The notes: generated from the letters alone by a model not told the origin. A DNA stretch of 64,000 bases from Rhynchopus sp. YZ270_cl-10 (GCA_964035575.1 OZ037841.1:682001-746000), one strand, 5' to 3'; numbered from the stretch's first letter, positions 11,407 to 23,942 are shown. Numbers and translations: made by a program.

Positions 11407-11527
11407 AAATAGCAGAAAGTAGCAGAAAGTAGCACAAAATAGCACCTCCTTCAGCCGCGCCAAAAAATCCAGATGCCCAGAATAGCAGAAAGTAGCAGAA
11501 AATAGCAGAAAGTAGCAGAAAATAGCA
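11407..11527. repeat. 10-bp tandem repeat (AAAR TAGCAG) in two clusters
   Basis: AATAGCAGAAAGTAGCAGAA arrays at ~11407-11445 and ~11481-11527, each followed by C..TTCAGCC. Confidence 0.8.
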
Positions 11528-11663
11528 CCCCCTTTCAGCCACACCAATAAACTTTTCTGTGGATAAGTTGTATCGTGTTTACATCGCTCTCACCAAAAAA
11601 AAATTCGGGCACGCTCAGATACGTTTTTCATTTCCTCCCCAAGGCAGTTGTCTCAAAAAATAG

Positions 11664-11733
11664 AAACTTAACACTCATCACACGATAAAACCCATGGGAG
11701 AGGTTGTGGTGAAACGCACACACCTCGACCTGT
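11664..11733. repeat. ~70-bp dispersed repeat, second copy at ~25971-26040
   Basis: AAACTTAACACTCATCACACGA.AAAACCCATGGGAGAGGTTGT.GTGAAA.GCACACACCTCGACCTGT in both places, same orientation. Confidence 0.8.
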
Positions 11734-12590
11734 TTGGTGAGGAGTGGCTCTGCAACGCGGTTCTTCCCTAGAACTGCAAAGTGTGTTCAAAGTGCGTTGT
11801 TTCTATTTCCTCCTTCATTTCATGAGGTGACAAAAAAAAATTAATATGATCTTGCACGTGTTACCGTGGGATCCTAAATACCTAAATGCAGCAAAACAAA
11901 GAAAAGAAAAACAATATTGAAAGATGAACCTAAGCCTCTCTGTGCTTAGTCACCTGAAAGACACTATTTTTTTTTGTTGTTGTACAGATGAACCTGCACA
12001 ACAATCCCCGAACGGACCAGAACGAATCAGAACTAAAAAAAAAACACACACACACAAAAACAGAGTCAAAATTTCCAAAGTAGTTTCCAAAGTGTAAATA
12101 AAGTTTGGGACGATACATTCTTTTTTTGACGGTACAAAAAAAAAAGAAGGCGGGGAGAAGGTAAAAACAGTAAGACAACAAACATCGATGGGGTAAAAAA
12201 CCCTCCTTAGAGTTTTTGAAATCCCAAAACCCACCTTAGGTTTCACTTTAATCGGTGTTTGTTGTTTTACTGTAGTTGGTTTACCCGGATGATACAAGCT
12301 TTCAAACTGCTGGAAATTCCCTTAAGGGAGAGCTTCGGACAGTGAAATATGTTCTTTTTGGTGGGAAAACAGAGTCTTGTTGGGTAGACAGAAAGTTAGA
12401 TTCATATACTTTCAGTTTACAGAATTGAAAGCATTTGAGAAAATAAAAAAGTTATGCACCCCGACTGACCCACGTATGATGTCAGCCATCCGGATAAAAG
12501 CACAAGTACCCTGCTGCCAACAACAGAAGGTGTAACCACATGACATGACAATGCAGGACATCCCCACAAAGAGATTAGGATAACATCTCC

Positions 12591-12724
12591 TGGTGTGATC
12601 ACCAAACGGATTTCTCCGTGGTTCCCCCGAAGGTGCTCCGCAAATCTTAATATAGCCCGAAACAGTTCTCCGTGGTCCCCCCGTGGTTCTCCCGTGGGTT
12701 GTCCGTACCCCCTGAATCACATCA
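12591..12724. mobile_element. ~130-bp element with 9-bp TIR, copy 2
   Basis: Near-identical to 2508-2638. Confidence 0.7.
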
Positions 12725-13066
12725 ATCTGTGAAAATAAAGATGGGAGCCGTTTAAACGCACCTCTCTCATGAATGTACGTCAGGCAAATCCATCACAAAA
12801 AAGGAGAAAAAAAAAGACGCACACCCCGCAACATAAAAAGGGTGCAGGCTAGAGTCCAGAGGCTAGAGGGCATTAAAAAAAAAGCCTCGCAGAACAATGA
12901 ATATGCCTCGCACACATCTTTTCAAAAAGATAATAAAACAGAAACTCGAAGCAAATGCTCCTGAAAAGAGAAAAAACGAAGTCGAAAGTGCAACCGCCTC
13001 GCCAAACGTCGCGGACGACAAACACCAAAATAAATACAAATCATTCAATAAATCATTTTCCACATA

Positions 13067-13736
13067 CCTACCCCCCCCCCCGTGCATAAGTCCGACCCCC
13101 ATTACCCGTGCATAAGTCCGATGACCCGTGTATAAGTCCGGGCAGATTTGGGCTCAAGATCGGACTTATGCACAGGCCGACTTATACACCGGTTTTGTGT
13201 ACTGGTAGTGGGGAGAATTTTTTTTGAGGCGTTTTCCCGCTCGCGAAGCGAGCGGGAGGAAAAAATTGAGGTATTTTTCCGCGAGCGAAGCGAGCGTAAC
13301 TTTATTTTTATTGGTGGTGTATTCACCAGGGATCATCTTCACGCTTCTCGTGTCAAAACATCATCCTCACAATTCTCAATGGTGTGAACCTGTTACTGCA
13401 ACATTGTGGAAAACTTTGCACCCCAAACAGTCTCAACAGCCAAAAGGTGTCCCTTGTTGGGAGTTGGTTCTCATGTTTGATACCTGCACAGCAGGCATTC
13501 CTCTGAGTCCAATGCTGTTTGGCCTGTCTGCGGCGTTGTACCGAAGGTGCACGAAGACAGGGTAAATTTTGCGGGCGGTGTCACATGTGGGTCACTCACA
13601 CTGAGGTCATGTGCATGGGTGTGGGTGGGTGCACAAAACCGGTGTATAAGTCCGATACCCCGTGTATAAGTCCGGAGGCCCTCAGCCCCCCCAAAAATCG
13701 GACTTATACGCAGACTTATGCACGGGGGGGGGTAGG
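13067..13736. mobile_element. Tc1/mariner-superfamily (pogo/Tc2-like) MITE
   Basis: TIRs CCTAC(C)nGTGCATAAGTC / GACTTATGCAC(G)nTAGG, TA on both sides, multiple subterminal GTGYATAAGTCCG repeats in both orientations. Confidence 0.8.
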
Positions 13737-13772
13737 TAATTACACAACAGATGGTATGCATAAAAAAGAGAT

Positions 13773-16700
13773 TCACAACCTCCCCACATTTAATACACCG
13801 ATCGGCTTTTTTTTGACTGGGTGCGAACCATCTAAATCGCTGCTTCTCCCTACTACTGGAGACCCTCCTCCTCCCCCTCCCACCGCACCTGTAAGCGAAC
13901 GACCGCCTGGGTGGAGTGCGTTCCTATTACCCCAGCCTCCCCCTCCTGCAGTCCCTGCATCGCCGGTCAAACTGCGCCTGCGTTTCGGCAGAACCAACTC
14001 TCCCAGGAGGGGAGACCCTTGCCGCTGTGGTGGTGTAGGACTGCTACGTCTGTGGCTATAGGTGTGGTTGAAGAGCTCGTTGTCGTCGTCATCATCTTCA
14101 TCTAGCGGGGCGGGTGGTGGGGTTAGACTGAAGTTCATTGCGTGCTGGTCAGCTTCGTTGGACGCAAAGCGTGACACCTGGTCTGCACTTGTATATGTAT
14201 TGGAGAAACGGTCTGAAGAATGACGACGGGCCACAATCGGTTCTCCGATTTTTCTTCTGCGACGGCCTCGGCCACCTCCCCCACCCCCACCTCCACCCCC
14301 ACCCCCCGCAGTAAAGTTCCCCAACGCCGCTAAGTACGAAACCGCAAACGCGTCACCGCTCTGCACCGCAGGGAGCAGCTCCGCACTGCTCTTTACTACA
14401 GAGTTATCTGAAGAGCACGATGTCCCCAGAGACACTGGAGTCAGAGGTGACCTTGGCGGAGTGGAGTACAGCTGTGGGAGGGCTCCGATTGCAGAGTTTC
14501 TTCGTGGACGAGGTGCTGCATTGGCTTCGGCAAAGTTGAGGTACGGTGTGCACACAGTCGACTCAGGGGAGTTGTTGCTTCTGGAGCGCTGTGCTGCAGC
14601 GACAACAAGCCGTGACAAATCCAGGTCAATGTCATCCTCGCATAGATCCGCAGCATAGTTCCTCTCTCTGCCAAGCAGAATGCGTTGAGCCTCACGACGA
14701 CGCCCCGACCACAGCACAAAAAGCTCCGAAAGAACATCAAGCGAAACCTTCACCCCAATCAAGATGGCAGCCACAAACAGGAGCACGGTCCCCATTTCAT
14801 ACTGCCACGATGTGGTATTATCTTCGTAATGCGCAAAGGCCTCGAGCGCCATGGCCGTCGTCATTAATATCGAACACAACGAGAATATTACCGTATCACG
14901 TGGTCTTGCATGCGGACGCAGACGCACTTCTAGGTAGAGCATAATACAGAACACCAGCGCCTGGGAAATCTTGAGGTGTCCACACCCGACCTGCGACTCT
15001 GGCATCGTCGACTGCAGAGCTGACAGCGTAAACGCCGAAGCCATCTCGATGAACGAAAAGAAGCACGCACCCTGGCGATACGTCAGCACCACTGAGGAGT
15101 GCCGCTGCACCCACATCTCCTGCGCCGTAGTATTCACCCATTCCCCTGGACCAAGAATAAAGTTCTTCAATGGCGACGACGTGAACGCAGCGTAATGCGA
15201 ATCCGACGAGAGGTGCCGCCTGCTGCCATTCCCGGTCAGAAAATCCTTTTTGAACGGCTCCTCAAAGTAGATCGCCTTCTCTGGGACGCTCCCGTTGATG
15301 GCACGGAACATATACATTGGGATGCAGGTCACCATGCCTAGTGTGGCGATGCCGGCTATGGTGGCAGGGGTGTCCTCTGCAGAGAGCATGAGGCGCATGG
15401 CGCCCAGGGTCGTGCCTTGGTAGAGGAGCTGGAAGATGAAGAGCGGTGCGGAAGGGATGCGCATGAAGCCCTGCATGTCAAGGCCCTCAAAGAGGCGTGG
15501 CAGGTGGCTTTGGTAGCGTATAGTAGCCCGCAGTAGTAAATAGCAGAACAAAGCAAAGCCGGCCATGATCGCAAAGTTCCCCACAACAGTCCCAAACGCG
15601 GCAGACCCCCGCACCACTAACCCAGTAGGGTTCATCATGCGTGACATCCGGTCCGCCTTCCCCCCCACCTCGCATTTTGTGCTGACAAGTGCTAAACGCA
15701 TTGCCGCCGTCGCCCCCGCCCCACCCCCCACCACAGCACCAATCCCCACCACCTCAGACGCCTTCTCAGTGTCCTTTTCGACCTGCGTCGATTCGTTCGT
15801 TGGAATCACAGTGGAGGTCGTGTTCAGCGTGGCATTGAGTGGGGCATCCGTAAGTGTAAGTGTCGGTGCCATGGTGAGAATCCTTCCCATGGCAGGCACC
15901 GAGGAAGTTGGTGGGGATAATGTGGGTGTCGGTGTTGGGGGAGAGGGTGTTGGTGCGAGAGTTGGGGGTGGTTGGGTTGGCACTGCGGTGGGCGGTGAAG
16001 GTGTCGGTGGTGCAGATGTGGGCGGTGCTGCTGTCGGAGGAGCCGGGGTAGGTGCGAGAGTTGGCGGAGCGGGTGTGGGCTCTGCTGTAGGCGGTGCCGG
16101 AGTGGGCGGCGACAGTGTTGATGGGATGCGGGTCGGAGGTGACAACGTCTCGGGGATGAGTGTTGCAGGCACCTCGGTGTCAGGCGCCTTGGTATTGACG
16201 TATGACATGTTGAGGAACTTTGCGGCACCTTCGTTGCCCACTGCCACCTGCACGTTGGTAGCAGAGGCAGACAGAACAGCAACACTGGCCATCTCCGTGC
16301 CACTCCAGGTGTCCTGCAACACCAACTTCAACCCACCGACTGCATCCACAACAGAGAACATATGCACCTCCGTCGCTGTCGTGACCACCAACACATCCAG
16401 GTCAGACCTCGCTGCCATGTGGGTCACCCCAGTCAACCCACTCAACTCCTGCGACAGGTCTACTGTCCCCAATCCCCGGACCACCTGCTTCACCCCACCC
16501 CCACCCGAAACAAACCCACACCCCCCTGAACACCCACCGGACACCGCATAGTCGGTGACGAAGGTCATTGCCGTGCCCGAGCCGCTGAAGGGCTCGCTGC
16601 TTAGCGTGTTTCCTTTGACGTAGACCACCGGGGCAGTGGCGCCGGTCAAAATGTCGCCGTTCGGGAAGAACGCTAGCGGGGCGCATGCTACCCCTACTGC

Positions 16701-17213
16701 TTCCAGTGTGGTGCTGACTGCGGCAGAGTCGTCGAACTCTGTGAGTTCGAGGGTGTCCGTTGCGCCCAGGGTCGCGACCAGGGAGGAGGCGCCAACTGCA
16801 ACGGCGGCCATGTATGTGCAGGCTCCCGCTGCCCCGGTGAGGTCGATCGTGGCGTCAGGTGCCCAGAGTGTGAGCTCGCCGGAGGCTGCGGGAAATCTGA
16901 ATGCTTTGAGCGCGGTTTCGGTCTTCAAAAACAGCACGGTGTCTGCGAGGGCCGCACCGACCGCACCGTGCTCGTAGCGACGGTCCGACACGACGGAGGG
17001 ACGCTCTTTGTAGTCCTTCGACGTGAACGTGGCTGCAGCATACCCTACGGTGTCGTCCATGAGGAAGAGCTGGTACCGCGTACGTGCTGCAAGGAGGTAG
17101 TCCAAGCTCAGGGGGCCTGTCTGCGACACTGTCGAACGCGAGGAGACCAGCACTGCTGCATCTGCACTACACAAAGCAAGAAGCACGACACACACAACAT
17201 GACGGAGTGCCAT
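13773..17213 (-). CDS. Adhesion-receptor-like membrane protein, paralog of 6120-9902 (signal peptide, beta-rich ectodomain, Pro/Thr stalk, ~7 TM, long low-complexity tail; 1146 aa)
   Basis: Intact ORF, N-terminal MALRHVVCVVLLALCSADA signal peptide, PPT repeats, TM region alignable by eye with the neighbouring gene. Confidence 0.88.
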   Translation of the reverse strand: MALRHVVCVVLLALCSADAAVLVSSRSTVSQTGPLSLDYLLAARTRYQLFLMDDTVGYAAATFTSKDYKERPSVVSDRRYEHGAVGAALADTVLFLKTETALKAFRFPAASGELTLWAPDATIDLTGAAGACTYMAAVAVGASSLVATLGATDTLELTEFDDSAAVSTTLEAVGVACAPLAFFPNGDILTGATAPVVYVKGNTLSSEPFSGSGTAMTFVTDYAVSGGCSGGCGFVSGGGGVKQVVRGLGTVDLSQELSGLTGVTHMAARSDLDVLVVTTATEVHMFSVVDAVGGLKLVLQDTWSGTEMASVAVLSASATNVQVAVGNEGAAKFLNMSYVNTKAPDTEVPATLIPETLSPPTRIPSTLSPPTPAPPTAEPTPAPPTLAPTPAPPTAAPPTSAPPTPSPPTAVPTQPPPTLAPTPSPPTPTPTLSPPTSSVPAMGRILTMAPTLTLTDAPLNATLNTTSTVIPTNESTQVEKDTEKASEVVGIGAVVGGGAGATAAMRLALVSTKCEVGGKADRMSRMMNPTGLVVRGSAAFGTVVGNFAIMAGFALFCYLLLRATIRYQSHLPRLFEGLDMQGFMRIPSAPLFIFQLLYQGTTLGAMRLMLSAEDTPATIAGIATLGMVTCIPMYMFRAINGSVPEKAIYFEEPFKKDFLTGNGSRRHLSSDSHYAAFTSSPLKNFILGPGEWVNTTAQEMWVQRHSSVVLTYRQGACFFSFIEMASAFTLSALQSTMPESQVGCGHLKISQALVFCIMLYLEVRLRPHARPRDTVIFSLCSILMTTAMALEAFAHYEDNTTSWQYEMGTVLLFVAAILIGVKVSLDVLSELFVLWSGRRREAQRILLGRERNYAADLCEDDIDLDLSRLVVAAAQRSRSNNSPESTVCTPYLNFAEANAAPRPRRNSAIGALPQLYSTPPRSPLTPVSLGTSCSSDNSVVKSSAELLPAVQSGDAFAVSYLAALGNFTAGGGGGGGGGGGGRGRRRRKIGEPIVARRHSSDRFSNTYTSADQVSRFASNEADQHAMNFSLTPPPAPLDEDDDDDNELFNHTYSHRRSSPTPPQRQGSPLLGELVLPKRRRSLTGDAGTAGGGGWGNRNALHPGGRSLTGAVGGGGGGSPVVGRSSDLDGSHPVKKKPIGVLNVGRL

Positions 17214-18680
17214 TACGGCACGTTGTCTGGAGAGGTGTTGGGAGGTGGAGGGGAGCAGGAGAGGTTAGTAGTGAAAGGTGGCAGAAGGGATAGGTTGGGT
17301 AGGTTGGGTAGGTTCCAATTGAAGTGCCAATACATGGGCAAAACAAGGAGGTGGGGGGAGGAGGAGGAGGTCGGAAATGAGAACCACGCACGGGGTTAGA
17401 GCAACAACGAAGCGAGAGTTCGTTGTTAGTACACAGCGAGAAGAGAGAAAGAAAGAGAGACAAGACAAAGAGGAATCCTGATGCATGAATAGGCACGCAT
17501 ATACGGCGGCGCATATGAACCCTCAGGGTACGTTCGTAGCGGGGTACTCTAAATAGGGTTCCTAGGCCACCGTGCATGAGTTTCTGTCGTCAAAAAAAAA
17601 TGGTAGTTATCGATGCAGGCATCTCCGACTACTCCACGTACGATGCAAGTCCCGGATGAAAGTACAAGTACCCTGCGACCAAAACAGATGTGAAAAAGAA
17701 ACCTAATGGCTTGCCCGTACCATGGTGTGAACGGGGGGAAATAATGAACACTTGAAAGGCGAGTTTGCTTTTCTCACGTCTTTAAAAAAAAACAACCATT
17801 CATTTGTAAGAACAAAATAATTATCTGTGGAAAACACGCAACCAGCCTCATCAAAAAAAAAACAAGCAACAAAAACGTTCAAAAGGCCAACGGCGTACGG
17901 AAACATCCACCCCAAAAAGAGCAAACTTTGTTTGTGCCCAAGACAGTGTAAAAAAAGTTGGAATATTCAGTTTACGCTCAAAGCGCTGCCCGAGGTCATT
18001 ATAGACGAGACAAGCCCTCTGTTCGAACAAAGAAATCAAGAAGGGGAAGAAATAGAACAATCTCTGAACTAAGGGAGCAGCACACACTGCACCCTTCCAC
18101 ACAAGCTGCAGCAGCTAGATATCTGCAGACGGTAAAAAAAATTAAAACACTCGCGATTTGTGGTGTAGTGTAGACACCCAAGTACACTACATTATGTATT
18201 TATTTTTCTTGCAGTATCGGCAATCGATAATGTGCAGTGAATCAAATGGCCTTCTATACCAGGCCCTTACGCGGAGTGCAGACTGCAGCGATAGTTACAC
18301 ACTCCAACAGATTACCGAAAATAATAATAAAAAAAGGACAACAAACTGCGAGATGGGTGTTGTGCGTCGCTGCGCACAACACATACCCATCTCCTTCTAT
18401 CGGTGTCACATATCACAACACACCTTTTCAGATGCTTTACAACACTAACTCTGTTCACCCCATTTCACTCTGATTGTTGCCCTGGTTTACACCAAGGCCG
18501 CAAACAGGACAGTAGACTAACACGGACAACACATCAACACAGAAGTTGAAGGTGTCTTTGGTCCATGCATTCCTTACAAACACTGGCCTTCGTTTATACA
18601 CTCAACCCCCTCCCACTCCCACGCTATTTCCAAGACAAAATAGTTGGGGGAAAAAAATCCCTCTCTGAGGTTCTGCTAAA

Positions 18681-21180
18681 TCATTTTGCATTTTCTTCAG
18701 CACGAACGACAAAGGTTTTAAGGTATGCAATGCACTCGAAGCTGCCACGTGTTTGCGCGACGTAGAACGCCGCGAGGATGATGTCGGCAGGTTGGTCAGT
18801 GGTTTCAAGCAGAAGATGCGCCATGTCAATACGATCGAAGTACGCAGCCAGCCCGAGGGGGGTCATATTCTTAGGCGTGCCCGTATTAGTCACGATGCCA
18901 CGCTCACAGAAACTGCGAACCTCCCGCCTGAGCACAGTCTGAGCAAACCACGTCTTGAACCGTAGCCAGGTGGACTCATCCCGTCGTACAGAGCCTTCGT
19001 TCGCGACGTACACAACCTGCTCAATGGTATGCGCATGGCACACAGGATCGGCACCGCCATCAAGCAGAGCCCGTACTACATCAAAGGAGTTCTTCCGTAC
19101 CGCAGCGCAGATAGGTGTGTCAACTGTGAAGAGGGAAATAATGATGAAAAGTTTGTCAGGCCTAGAAGGTCTAGGCCGCAAGCGCATAATCAATTAAACA
19201 TGGATACCCGGTAACGAAAATTACCGGGTTTTAGATTTTTCATTACCGGGTATTACCGGGTCCAAATGGGTAATAAAAAGGAATAAAAGGAAACACCCGA
19301 CACCGTCGGGAAAGCTACGCCTAGGTGCAGGGGCACATGGGTTCAGGTGAAGCTGGGCCCAAAAAATGGATACCCAAGGAACAGTACGGCGTGTATCGTA
19401 AAACCACTGACCGAAGCATCACGTCAGCTGAAGTTATACGAGTTGCGGGGCGTTCTTAAAGAAGGCTCATGAAATAAGCCCTTAGAGAAATAACTTATAC
19501 AACGTAGATGAGTTCTTCGCACTACTGTCAAACGACGGCACCTTGCGGACGTGGCAAAAAAAGAGAGACAGAAAGGTAGCCATCCACAATCGTGTAGTAT
19601 GCACAATGGCCGTGCATAGCTCTGCGGAAAGGTGATTGGTCACATTATTTGGAGAAGCCTTCAACGCTGAGACAGCAAAGCAAAATACACCAAAAAACAC
19701 CCCCATAAAAAGACATACAATTCTGACCTACATTTGGATCTGCGTTGTGCGAGAGGAGGAAGGAGACCATTGTGAGGTTGCCTTGCGCAGAGGCGATGGC
19801 GAGGAGGGAGGACCCTTGCGGATTGATGCGGTTCACATTGGCGCCGTGCTGCACGAGGTAGTCTGCCATGCCGCCATAGCGCCACTCAACGGCTGCTTCC
19901 AAAGGCGAAGCTGGGTGGTACGGTGAGGTGTCTGCAACCACTTGCGGGTCTGTCGCGGGAGGCTCCACAACAGCGCCTGCAGCAACCAGGATCTTGACCA
20001 CTTCCGCCATCCCATTCGCAGCAGCCAGCAGCAACGGGGTGCGCCCTGTCACATCCGCCCTGTTGACCTCTTTAACGACATCACCCCTGTTGCGGATCTC
20101 CTTCAATAACGCAAGCAGGATCGGCACGTTTCCTGAGGGGGGGGTTTGATGAAATATCTTGGAAAAAAATGGTTGGCTCTGCTTTTTGCCGAATATTCAA
20201 TTTCCGTCTACCCATTTCTGTTGATGGCCAACTTTGCAATGAAAAAGGCCGATTTGGAACATTATTTTTACACCATGTGCCTTTGGGGAGTAGGGGAGGC
20301 TGGTTTGCAGATTAATAGAATAATAAGATGGTCAATAGGAATCGTCAGAAAAACAGTTTTGGTCCATATTAAGTGGATGCGATTTATTTTGGGGTACAGT
20401 TTGGCAGTCCAAACATTTTCCCAAACCACCGTATATTTTCCCACTCTCAAGAGATCCAAAAAAAACTACACAAAAAAAAAACCCCCCCACAATATTAAAA
20501 CATCCCCACCCACACATACCCTTCCTTGCAGCAACATTCACCGGGGTCGCCCCCATCCAGAGGTACGTTGTGCGGCCTAGGGTTCCGACGGGCATGGTGT
20601 AGTGCTTTGAAAAGTCTGTTACTGGGTCGCGGACACGCGAGACAGCACATGGGTCTGCACCATGCTCGAGGAGAAGCAGCACTATAGCCTCTGCTGAGGA
20701 CAACGCAGCAGCGATGAGGACGGATGCGTGGGCCTGGCCGAAGCCTTCCTCCATGGAGGCACCCCCCTGCAGCAGCAGCCGCACCACCTCAACGTGGTTG
20801 TTGAGACACGCTGCAAAGAGGGGCGACGGCGCCTTCGGTGGCACCACACCACTCTCTTCATCGTCTATCTCAGCCTCCACCAGCAGACGTACTTTCTCCA
20901 CATCTCCTTCGGCTGCAAACTTCCGAAGCCGTATTGTCCACTCATCCGGCCCCCACCCCCACGCCTGAAGCTCGCGTCTCGCAACCAGCCGTTGTACAGT
21001 GACCAGATGCACAGTGTCTCCAGCGCAGATCCCATCCAGCCCAGCCTCCGTGGTAAAGCACTCCGCCCGCAGCCCGGTCTCGACCAACAACGCGTCGCCG
21101 ATGGCCTTCCACACATCGCATTCGCTTTCAGGCAGCTCAACACAAAAGCTCTGCCCCTCCACAACAACGTGGATGTCCAT
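18681..21180 (-). CDS. Ankyrin-repeat protein, 3 exons (20520-21180, 19719-20132, 18681-19123; ~505 aa)
   Basis: Ankyrin motifs SPLFAAC..HVEVVRLLL..GA, GRTPLLLAA.NG..EVVKILV, TPLGLAA. Phase-1 GTATGT...CAG introns at 20133-20519 and 19124-19718 join frames and restore ankyrin consensus (ARKG|NVPILLALL). An extra small exon in intron 2 cannot be excluded. Confidence 0.8.
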
Positions 21181-21828
21181 TTTTTTTAGAAAAACCTCGA
21201 GATGCTTCTCACTGGTGGTGTTTTATTTTGTTTGAGAATGTGTAGTTCTGAAGTGGATGGGGGGTCATATGAGGGGAGAGGAGATAGAGTAGAGTTGCAA
21301 TACAAAGCCCTCTCGTGAACAGTGTACTTTGGTTGTCCGGCTGTGGGGGATCCATTTCGTGGTTTACATCTGATTGGTAAAGAGAAGTACGAAGCACAGT
21401 GGGTCACGAGAGGAGAGGTTTTGCCCCTTTTATCAAAATCTTTTGAGAGCTCCTAGGGAAGCAAAACTAAATGTGACTACAAATCTTTCTCGTGAACAGT
21501 GCGCCTTTTGATGCGTGACCAGAACACCACATGTTTTTTTTTCAGTTAAAAATACGCGTATTTTGAATACATCTTTGGGATTCTGATAACGTATTTTTAA
21601 TCACTGCTAAGAGAGGGAGCGACCTACACTACAAAAGATGAAGCGGGAAGGGGGCGAATGTCTTTTTTTTTATAGATTCAAAAACTGTGAAAAAAAAAAG
21701 CAAAAGAAGGATGGATGAAAGGGGGTTTGGTTTATTAGCACTCTGATGATGGGCTATATAGTTTTTTTTTCTCATAAAATAACTGAAATTGTTTTCTTTC
21801 TGGGGTCGTGGGGTCGTGGGTTTATGTT

Positions 21829-21859
<31 letters not shown>

Positions 21860-23551
21860 TTTTCCATTTTTTTCTTTTTGATAATCCTTTGAGGGGTAGG
21901 GCAAGGGAGGGGAACTACCACGCATACATTCTTCAACAATTTTATTTCCGTTTTATTTTATTTTTTTTGCAATTTTTTTTGGGAAGAGTGAGAGAGGTGG
22001 AGGAGGAGGGGGAATATTGACAGGGATACTGAGATTTCCCTCACAAAAAAAAATACTCAAAGAAAATGATAAAATATTTCCCCCTCCCAAAAAATTCGAA
22101 GGGGAAAAAAAAAATTGTTGAAGATGAATCTGAACTTACTGTGCTGAGTCATCTTTTTAGAGGGTCATTACCATGAACTATTTCCCCTAAATCATTCCCT
22201 TCACAAACCAGGAAAGGAAAAGGCGGGATGACAGGGGGGTTTTTTTTGTGTACATTTATTATGTACGCACTTCACATGGTTGTGATATTATTCATAAAAA
22301 AGAGAAGTTGAAAGTGCAAACGCTTCACCGTTCATCGGCGGACGCAGGCATCAATCAGAAAAATATCGCCCTCATTTTAGATGCTCGCTGGAGGGAACTC
22401 TACGCGCATTTTTTTTTAAAAAAAAACATCGGAAAGATCCCCTACACTTCGCTTTGTTCACCGCACCTATTAAAAGAGAGAGAAAAATACACATACGAAG
22501 AAGACAAAAGATGGGTAAAGCACAAAAAAACTGATAAAAACAAAAAAAAGGGGGAAACATATTTCCCTATCATGTGGCCCATTTGAGGGTAATACCCACG
22601 GTATGCTCTCAAAGAAAAAAATGGGGGAAGGGGAGAGAAGCGTTTTCATGTGGCCTTTGTCACTGCATAATACTTGATTATAGACTACTATCACTGGATA
22701 GCAGCCTATAAGCATTGTATAAAAAAAAGAGGGGAAAAGAGAGAGAAATTTTTAAAGGTGAATCCAAGACTCTCGTACTAGGTCACCTTTTAAAAGCGTT
22801 GCACATTGTAAAGTGAGACGAGGGGGGGAAAGGTTTTGTGCGAAATGCATTTTTCGCCCGAGCGGGTGTGAACTAAAGAGAGAGGGAAAAATAGGGGGGA
22901 CTTCTTCGCAGGAATCGGATGAGTCGTCTTTATTGAGTCTCTGTTACCATGCAAGAAAGGGTCTTGGTTGGTTTGTATTTGCGTGGTTCTGATGGTTGAA
23001 ACAAAACAACAGCAAAAACACACTTCGTTAGACAATACTTTATTCTAGATTGGTTCTAAGCTTCGCTTAGCCACCTTTTTGTGATGGTCTATCTTGAGTT
23101 ACGGGGGGAAAGAGAATTTGCAAGATAGACATGCCTCTCGAGCAACACGTGTCTTTAAAATAAAAAGAAAAAAACCCACAGATTTGTGCGAAAAACAAAG
23201 GCAACCCCAGTCAACATAACCTGAAACCTGAATACCTAAACTGAATCAGTGGGGGGGTGTACACACATACAAAGGGGGGGAGAACATTTTTGTGGTAAGA
23301 TGATCTTAAGCCTCTCTGTGCTTAATCACTTTACTACTTTTAAAAAAACACCAAAAAAAAAGGGGGGGGAAAAACTAACGGGGCTGTGGTAACTCACCAA
23401 CGCCTCGTGGGACAGATGTGCGTACAAAAAGAAAAATCAAAAAATCAAAATGTAAGATGAATGTGCCTCTCGTGCACATCTCAACAAAAAGGAGAGGTGT
23501 GAAGTTTTTGTTTTTTTTTTAGCACAAACACCTCAACGATGCAGGCAGCTA

Positions 23552-23639
23552 CACGGTGGCCAGGTCCAGGTGGGATAGCAATTGCTATCCCGCTTTTTTA
23601 CTGTCCCACCTTCAATTCCACCTGGACCTTGCCACCGTG
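23552..23639. mobile_element. 88-bp Tc1/mariner-type MITE
   Basis: 22-bp TIR CACGGTGGC(C/A)AGGTCCAGGTGG with one mismatch, TA TSD on both sides; internal perfect 20-bp palindrome GGGATAGCAATTGCTATCCC (23572-23591). Confidence 0.8.
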
Positions 23640-23942
23640 TACAAGGATAAAACATAGAAACTGACGTCATATTAGTGAAGTACAAGAAACGAAGAATAAA
23701 AGGGGTCACTGGGGGGGCAACAAAATCCATTTTTTTGTCCTTTACTTAATACGATATAAGACAATGTTGTCATGGCCATATCTCGTTTATGTAGTAAAAA
23801 AAAAATAACAATAGGCAAAGTACAAATCTTCCACGACTCTTCCCCCTTCCCCCTTTTTTTTTGGACCTTTTTTATTTTCTAGTCACTTCTGGCAACTATT
23901 TCTGGTATTTTCGGGCCACTCTCTAGGACGTTTTCTGGGGGT

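Noticed and set aside
11921..11955. CCTCTCGTG loop resembling L3 of HDV-like ribozymes (as in the L1Tc/ingi/SIDER signature)
   Set aside because: Could not find P1.1, P4, J4/2 or P2 partners, and G-U evidence favours the opposite strand; an RNArobo/Infernal search would settle it.
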